DNA of 42,485 nucleotides from Lenisia limosa. Its lineage: Eukaryota > Protista > Breviatea. Position 1 is the stretch's first letter. Each line of letters begins with the position of its first letter. Where the stretch lies: NCBI GenBank assembly GCA_001655205.1, contig LPNZ01011431.1, forward strand, positions 1-42,485. Reading direction: 5' to 3'. Below the pieces are notes generated by a model, which saw only the letters and a list, made by a program, of their open reading frames with translations, was not told the origin of the DNA and ran no database searches. A program made the position numbers and the translations under genes. Positions 35,201 to 42,485 of the stretch are shown in pieces.

Positions 35201-38200
35201 ATTGAGATAAGGGTGGCTATACGGGCTTTTACGTCTCTCTGGAGGGTGTAATTACCACGACTGAGTTCCGGTCACTTAAGATGTCCTGAAGATAAAATTG
35301 GATAACTTGATAAGAATGTGAAATATTACACTGGCCGCGGTACCTGACACAAATATTGAGCCTTATCTTTAGTCAATCGTGTCAGGACTAATCGCGGAGG
35401 AGGATGGAGAGCAATTAATGTGAAGGCATCAGTAGTATGCCATCAATGCATACGAGAAGGGATGCATCTGGGTTCGTGGTGTTTGCAAGAACTTGCGACG
35501 CCTGAGAGAGTTTCTCCTCAACTGATCGGCTCAGAACGGGTGTCTGTTATGTCAAGAGTTGTGAAATAGAGCAAAAGAGAAATACTGAAAGTTTATATAT
35601 CATACACGGTACAAAAGACAAATAGCCTGGATCAACTTAATTCTCCTCAGAACAACCATGACAAATACTTCGAACAACCACTTTCAGCATACTGCGTGTT
35701 TGCTCAGAGCGGCTTTGAGCATAACTTCAGCAGTATCAAGGAGAGTGTGCATTGGCGCACTAGTGGCCGTTCTAAATAGGAAGAGGCAGGACTCTGGCGG
35801 TTGATGTGTCGATGTACTTATGATATGAAATGTGTATAATGATAATATTGGGACCAAAGGCAAAAGGATTGATAATTGTGAAGGGATTTATTGAGCTTAC
35901 GAGGATTGAATTGGGCAGTGGATCGTTTGCGACTCAAATGGAGGCTCAAACTAAGAAGATAAGCTCGTAATTTGAACTCCCCCCCCCNNNNNNNNNNNNN
36001 NNNNNNNNNNNNNNNNNNNNNNNNNNNNNNNNNNNNNNNNNNNNNNNNNNNNNNNNNNNNNNNNNNNNNNNNNNNNNNNNNNNNNNNNNNNNNNNNNNNN
36101 NNNNNNNNNNNNNNNNNNNNNNNNNNNNNNNNNNNNNNNNNNNNNNNNNNNNNNNNNNNNNNNNNNNNNNNNNNNNNNNNNNNTTCTCTCATGAAATTAT
36201 CACATCAAAAGCTAGACCAACAGTAAGGGGGAATCTTGGAATCCAAATATCGTCAGCTGAGAGTTTCATGAGGTTCTCGGAGGCGGATTCAAACTTCTCG
36301 AAAGGCTGGTAGGGGGGGGGGGGNNNNNNNNNNNNNNNNNNNNNNNNNNNNNNNNNNNNNNNNNNNNNNNNNNNNNNNNNNNNNNNNNNNNNNNNNNNNN
36401 NNNNNNNNNNNNNNNNNNNNNNNNNNNNNNNNNNNNNNNNNNNNNNNNNNNNNNNNNNNNNNNNNNNNNNNNNNNNNNNNNNNNNNNNNNNNNNNNNNNN
36501 NNNNNNNNNNNNNNNNNNNNNNNNNNNNAAAAGAGCCCGGACCAGACCAGACTGCAGAAAAGAATCTCTACAGGTACGAACAATATGGTGTCAAGCAAAC
36601 TGTGACTATTCTCAACCATACTGATGCTGAGCAAAAAAGTAGTAATGGTACAAAAAAAAGGGGGTTGGCTGGGCAAACACAAAGCACAAAACCAAACCAA
36701 ACAAAACAAACCCACATACAGCAAATATTGAAATCAAAACAACAACACAACAAACAAACCAAAGGGGCACAAGCCAAAGGTTACTTTTTTACAAAATTTA
36801 ATAAGCTGAGGGGAATAATAGCACTAGGGCTTTGAAAAAGCTCCCCTAGTTAATCTTTGAACCTAGACATTGTAACAAACTTGGCGCATCAGGCGGCCGC
36901 GTCTGGGGTTAAGGAAGGGAAATCTGCAGACAGAAATGCAGGTTTTAGCAATCGCACACGCTGACGCCTGTGTCCATAACAATTAACTTTTTTAAGAGAA
37001 ATACAGCATTATCCTTGAAGGCGGTAATTGACGAGCAGAGCCTAGCATATCGAGTCAGTTGGCCAATAATAATTCCTTTCAAGATGTGTTTAGGTATAGT
37101 TGAAGAGGAATGAGGATATTGGAAGTCTTCGAAAGGAAAGTCCCTGCGTTTGTCAAATATTGAAAGAAACAACTTTCTCCTTTGAATAGAGATATGAATA
37201 CCTAAGTAATTGCATACTCCAGGGGCGACGGTAGTGTTTTCCAAACGGAGCGAGTCCGGATAGATCGCACGCCCATCATCCCCATCAGGAGGGTTAGTTA
37301 GCAGAGTTATCGTCGTGAGGGTCTACAATGAGGAGATCATCAATGAACCGAAATGCGTTGTGAAAAGAAGAGATTAACGGCGATTCAGGCAGAAGTGATT
37401 CAATAAAGTCCCGTTCAAAAGAATAAAGGCAAATGTTAGCCAGCAGAGTAGCTGCGTTGGTTCCTATTGGAATGCCAATTTTCTGATGAAACACAAGAGA
37501 CCCGTTTTGGACCACAGTATTCAGAACCACAAACTTCAACAACCCTAAAATCTGATCAGGTGAGAAAAGATCTTTTGACGTGTGTGAGCTAATTTTGAAA
37601 CCTTTGTTACGGGACAACTTNNNNNNNNNNNNNNNNNNNNNNNNNNNNNNNNNNNNNNNNNNNNNNNNNNNNNNNNNNNNNNNNNNNNNNNNNNNNNNNN
37701 NNNNNNNNNNNNNNNNNNNNNNNNNNNNNNNNNNNNNNNNNNNNNNNNNNNNNNNNNNNNNNNNNNNNNNNNNNNNNNNNNNNNNNNNNNNNNNNNNNNN
37801 NNNNNNNNNNNNNNNNNNNNNTGCGTATTTTGGGACTCCATTCCAAAAGAAGGCTCTGGAAGTTAGAAAGTCTACGCTCAGATTATAGCAAAAGGTCCAA
37901 ACTAACAACAACAACAAAAAAATGGCTGGAAGGGCTGAGAGGTCAACCAAATTTTCAATCTGCTGCTGTCCTTACCTTGTTGGGGAGGCTCAGAGGGGCC
38001 CAAGGCAGCAAATCCACCAGCCATGTCTTCAGTATCACGTTCAATCCTAGGCGTGTCACTAAATAAGCCGTAATGTGATATTCCACAATTGTATTCGGTT
38101 TATTAGTTTTATCGATCCCCCCCCCCCCNNNNNNNNNNNNNNNNNNNNNNNNNNNNNNNNNNNNNNNNNNNNNNNNNNNNNNNNNNNNNNNNNNNNNNNN

Positions 38201-39222
38201 NNNNNNNNNNNNNNNNNNNNNNNNNNNNNNNNNNNNNNNNNNNNNNNNNNNNNNNNNNNNNNNNNNNNNNNNNNNNNNNNNNNNNNNNNNNNNNNNNNNN
38301 NNNNACAGAGCAAAAAAAACATACTTCAGAATCTCAGTAAATTCCTCAATCGAATGGCTGTCATTCAGTTCTTCGAGTGTTACCACTAGGGCCTAAGTTG
38401 TCATAATGACTATTCATAACTCCCAGGTTCCAATTCATGGAAAACTGCTCCGGCCTAAATGAAAATAATGTGATATCACAACATGTCAACATCATCATAT
38501 TGTACTAAGCCTGTTATACAGATTTGTACTTCAAAGAATTGTCCTCAACCGTCCAACCCACGTTTGGGGCATCTTCAGGGGCGGCCGGAACCGCACTCCA
38601 ACTGAGTCTATTGAGAATTACCGCGTTCCTCACGAGAACAGGGGTGGAACGATAACGGAGAGTTGCCAAGGTTTGATCGCAGTGAGGCTCAATGCTCCTC
38701 AGCAGCAATGTAAAACACCTTCTGGGAGTCGGCATGGCTTTTGGGATCCGTGACGGAGCTTCGAGACACACAGTTGGGCTGACGGAGTTTGCCGGCCCGG
38801 ACAAATCCAATTCGAAATTATTCTCTTCCGATACAGTGCGTTCTTGTGCTCTCTTACGCTCTTGCTGAAGGAAGGCCCGCTTTTGGACTGGTTTTGTGAG
38901 GGGTTGCCGTTTGGCTATGATTGACTTCTAAATATGGTAAGTAACTTTTAAATATAACTGATCGGAAAGTCACACTCCTGCTCTAGTTCAACCATACCTG
39001 TCCGGGATCTTGAACAGGCCTTTCATGGGAGTTGTCATCTTCATCGCTATCATGACTGTGAACGGGTATGGTGTGAGAGTAGGCCTGAGGGCTTGGGATA
39101 AGCATGACGTCATCGTCACTTTCAGATGATGACACAATGATGGGTATATTTTTTGGCACCCGGGAGTCCCGAGGGGGTCCAGGAGGTCCAGGGCGAGGGT
39201 TACGAGAGGGTTTGGGCGGCAA
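26300..39222 (-). CDS. Large unidentified multi-exon gene(s), helical/ARM-like exons with a disordered N-terminus (may be more than one gene)
   Basis: Many GT-AG-bounded open exons on minus strand, e.g. MPPKPSRNPRPG.. (39222), TRLGLNVILKTWLVDLLPW, MHTLLDTAEVMLKAALSKHA, VRDFDEMVRLRKQH, GIDYNSLFDDDSDDSEEEE, LDRLPIVSLPPDAARLHWINLV. No family recognised; interrupted by 13 gaps. Confidence 0.45.
30274..30410. repeat. Degenerate minisatellite, 5 copies of a CAGCGGCAATATAATCT core at 23-32 bp spacing
   Basis: Exact 17-mers at 30278, 30309, 30332; variants at 30364 and 30394; AAATCAAGT precedes most copies. Confidence 0.9.
32367..32459 (-). repeat. Dispersed intronic element, copy B
   Basis: TATGCTGGG, AGTTGTAAGGCAAATGATTGG (21/21) and GTGATGGTGYGGAC..CTTCGGCCAGATRCAACCTT (32/36) shared with copy A. 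Confidence 0.75.
36945..37890 (-). mobile_element. Penelope-like retroelement reverse transcriptase, 5'-truncated, frameshifted
   Basis: QILGLLKFVVLNTVV..FHQKIGIPIGTNAATLLANICLYSFE..FRFIDDLL (RT4/5), then after a frameshift IYPDSLRLENTT..CNYLG..IFDKRRDFPF..YPHSSSTIP..IIGQLTRYARLCS (PLE thumb). Confidence 0.9.
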
Positions 39223-39344
39223 GCTCGCAAAACCCCTACGAAGTAAAGGGGATACATATTACAACCATAAAATTGATGAAATAGAATCGAAAACCTGTTA
39301 AAAAGGAATCAAACAAACAAACAAACAAACAAAATAACTGTGCA

Positions 39345-42316
39345 TTATTGATAATCAAATCCTGGGTAGTCCCACACCCACAAAGTGTCAACGTCAGGTG
39401 AATCGGACCGGGATCGTCGGACTGGCTCGGCATTCCTCCGAAGTTGGTTGCTATGTACCCGGGGGGGACCCTGGGCTTCCTGACGTGGTTTGACATGGTC
39501 ACGCAAATTGTGTTCATACGCAAATTGGGCCAGTGCATCAGTGCCCTCATTTTCTGACATGGAACTATCCTCATCAGTGTCGCAATTGAAAGCGTTTGCA
39601 ATCCGACCCGGAATTGAGGGGTCTCGTGGGGGTGATACGCTACGCTGCCGGACTGAGGGCTGCGGTGACCTCTGGACTGGCGGGTGGTTGCTCTTTGGAT
39701 ATTTGGCCCTTTCTTCCTCTGTGATGTTCTTTGATCTTGGGCGAGGGGGGAATTTCGGGGTCTTGGGGTGCTGTATAGCCCCGTTGCGTTCCCGTCGCGC
39801 CTTCGCCTCTGCAATATGCGGAACCAGAAAACTGGGGATGGGAAATTCGCCATTCTCCTAGGGGGAGTAAAATTGGAAAATTTATGAAATAAAAAAAAAA
39901 AAAANNNNNNNNNNNNNNNNNNNNNNNNNNNNNNNNNNNNNNNNNNNNNNNNNNNNNNNNNNNNNNNNNNNNNNNNNNNNNNNNNNNNNNNNNNNNNNNN
40001 NNNNNNNNNNNNNNNNNNNNNNNNNNNNNNNNNNNNNNNNNNNNNNNNNNNNNNNNNNNNNNNNNNNNNNNNNNNNNNNNNNNTTAAAACGAAGGAAATT
40101 TCGATGTGGATTCAAGAAAAAGTCAGTGTTAAGCCAATAACAATTAGGCAATCGAACAAAACACAACATTGGGTACAATGAAAGAAAATGTACAGTATGC
40201 GCATACATCAAGAGTTTCAGAACCTGGCATCGTTTGATGGTCAAGTAGAGCACGCGGCTCTTTCCCCTCCAGCTCCTCCTCGACACCACTGGCCGGGGCT
40301 CTCTGCACCATGACGTCATCGTCGCTATCAGTCGCAGCATCCGGTCGGGTCTGTGGGACAGGGTTATCAACCTGGGTCATGTGATCGTTTTCTGCTCTTT
40401 CTCCCGCCGTAGTGGGACGCATGTGAGGGTTAAGGTTCTGAGGAGACGCGTTCTTTGTACCCCCCGTGTTCGCAGCGGTGTAATTCTGGGTACCAGGGCT
40501 TGGAGCGGTATAATTCTGGGTACCAGGGCTTGGAGCGGTATAATTCTGAGTACCAGGGCTTGGAGCGGTATAATTCTGAGTACCAGGTTTGGGAGTGTTC
40601 TGTGTGAGAGTTTTTCTTTTGCTGCGGAATCTCAGCTTATTAAGCACGTCGTTGACTTTATCACATGCTTTCTCGATCACGTCGACCGGTTTGGCTCGAA
40701 TGGCGATGGGCAGGAGGCTCGGAATAATTCGTGGCCGACGCTTCAGCTGTTTGCGGTCCACTGGGGTATCAAAACCAATCTTAAGACAAAATCCATCCTG
40801 TTTCCCCCTTCAACATTATCATCATCCACAATACACCCACCATCATCATCTGACTCATCCAAAGTCCGCTTTGCCTTCCTTCGCTGAGTGTGTCTGCTGC
40901 GAACGTCAGGATCTTCGTACTCCAGGTCTTCATTGGAATCATCATGGTAAATGGAGTCGTCAATGAAATTGTCATCGGTCACGGGGGCATCTCGAAGTAT
41001 CACCTACGTTGTGAGGATTTCTAATTTTCACTTATACGATAAGAGAAGAACAAGACATAACTCTCACCTGGATTATTTTGCCTTTCTCTGTAATGAAGTG
41101 ACTATCGGTATGTCGTTTCTTCGTGTTTTGGTTCTTACATCTTACGCCAGGTTGTGCCGATCCTGAACGGAACAATAAGCCTTAATCGCCCTATCATTAT
41201 TTCGTTGTTAAATACGACGTCACCCAATCTATCACACTGCCCACCCTCATATACGTCGTGGTCGAAGTCGATGTTGGTCCGAACTCTGCGAGCTTTGAAG
41301 ACTTTCAAAGGGTCTACTCGGTTAGCGGTCTTTAGACGATGTGGTGTTTGGGGGTAAACATGTCCAAATAAATATAAAGTGACCAACACAGCATTTTTAT
41401 GATGAATAATTATTTCACCTGAAATTTAGTTCGTTTTCGATAACAGGTAACTCCTCACAAGCCCCTTCCCCACAGTCTGACTTGGAGTTGTCAACCTTAT
41501 ACTCGGGCTTATTAGTCAGGTCTGGTCCACCATCCATGAGCTGCCAAAAACCAGGCCGAGGGTCTTGCCACTTCGGTTCGGATTGCAGCCGTGGGGTAAC
41601 CGCTGTTGTTTTATGTTGTGAGACGAAATGAGAACTCCAAACACAAGCAGACCAAATACGTGTTCAATATGATAAATGACATCAGATCAGTACCTACCTG
41701 GCAATTTTGTGGGTGATGGGAAGCTGAAGAGACCTTCAGGAATTCGTAGTGTGGGTTGTGGTGGTGGAGGAGAGGGTGGTCTTTTGGGGGGAGTTTCTGG
41801 CTTCTATTTGGGTCAAATGGGATAGACAGTTTCTGATATATCTGACGAAAGTAGTAAAATCATTATGACTGTAAGAAACCAAAAGACAGATGGTGAGAGC
41901 GGCATTAGAGTGGACTCACAAGAGAGAGAGGGGGCACAAGCCGCCTCAAAAAATAAACAAACAAAAACAAAACAAAAAAAAAAGTCAATTTGCAAGACAG
42001 AGCATCTTATGATTGAGCGATAAAAATTTCATGAAAATGAGTGGTATTTTGGTGGAATTGTCTACAATTTAATTTTAAAGTCAAGCCTTTCTGAAGATTG
42101 TGGTAACACAACATAGTTGATGATGAGAAGAAAATGGCGGGGGGAGTGGTTGGTGTGATTTAAAAGTCCTGAAAAATGCCTAAAAAGGTAAATGATGCTT
42201 ACATAGTTCCCAAGGCAACTAAGGGGGTCGTCAAATGGCAGGGGAACGTTCAGGCTTCTGAAGTGGTACGGCTTCTTGCCAAGCACAAGCCGTCTCGTTG
42301 ATCTCCGTGTCGCCAT
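39345..42316 (-). CDS. Unidentified multi-exon low-complexity (Pro/Asp/Ser-rich, disordered) protein
   Basis: First exon MATRRSTRRLVLGKKPYHF..CLGNY (donor gtaagc), exons YQKLSIPFDP..PPSPPPPQP, DDSNEDLEYED.., TQNYTAPSPG repeats, last exon ..DTLWVWDYPGFDYQ*. Exon joining not resolved. Confidence 0.45.
40474..40587 (-). repeat. 30-bp coding tandem repeat (about 3.8 copies) encoding TQNYTAPSPG
   Basis: agcggtRtaattctgRgtaccagggcttgg repeated; in frame in ORF 40144-40761. Confidence 0.93.
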
Positions 42317-42485
42317 ACTTAACGTTTATTTGTTGTGTATTGGTTTCTTCTCACCACCTGCCATCCTATCAGCATCCTATGCAGCAAAATTGCGGGTAAT
42401 ATTTATATAAAGTGAGTGGACCAGTGTAAAAACAGCTATGTGCCGAAGCAATATACAAAACAACCTTGGGAAAAACTTGGTCCAA

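Noticed and set aside
36886-36892. Hammerhead core near the PLE 3' end (CTGATGC on minus)
   Set aside because: Does not match CUGANGA and there is no GAAA partner or stems.
36530-36945. Telomeric repeats at the PLE 3' end (as in telomere-associated EN-minus PLEs)
   Set aside because: No tandem TTAGGG-type array is present and the locus is internal to the scaffold.
31264-38389. Long ORFs dominated by X residues
   Set aside because: Artefacts of translation through N gaps.
41496-41510. 15-nt match to the pogo TIR (cttatactcgggctt)
   Set aside because: Lacks the terminal TACGG-TA end and any partner, and lies in an open exon-like frame (..NKPEYK..); treated as chance or an unprovable remnant.
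41519-41596. Possible HDV-like ribozyme (GGTCTGGT/ACCAGGCC stem plus TCCCAC/GTGGGG pairing)
   Set aside because: No P3/L3 consensus or P1.1; region is antisense to a probable exon.

Overview
Draft eukaryotic scaffold (22 N-gaps, many flanked by poly-G/C) from an intron-rich organism, probably a protist, with short GT-AG introns. TAA, TAG and TGA all act as stops. The ORF track is fragmentary because genes are heavily spliced. By joining exons manually I recognise four conserved genes: MIF-family tautomerase (-), NEMF/Rqc2 ribosome quality control factor (-, about 7.7 kb), MsrB (-) and RNA polymerase subunit RPB5 (+). There is also a probably secreted RCC1/BLIP-II-like repeat protein (+), a LamG-like domain protein (-) and several unidentified multi-exon genes. 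Mobile DNA: a TA-flanked pogo-family transposon in an intron, a second TA-flanked TIR element with decayed Tc1/IS630-like motifs, and a 5'-truncated Penelope-like RT with no C-terminal GIY-YIG. The most unexplained signal is a roughly 100-130 nt block-conserved element found in sense orientation in introns of unrelated genes (candidate ncRNA or MITE). I cannot show a new system. Gene models are manual and approximate.
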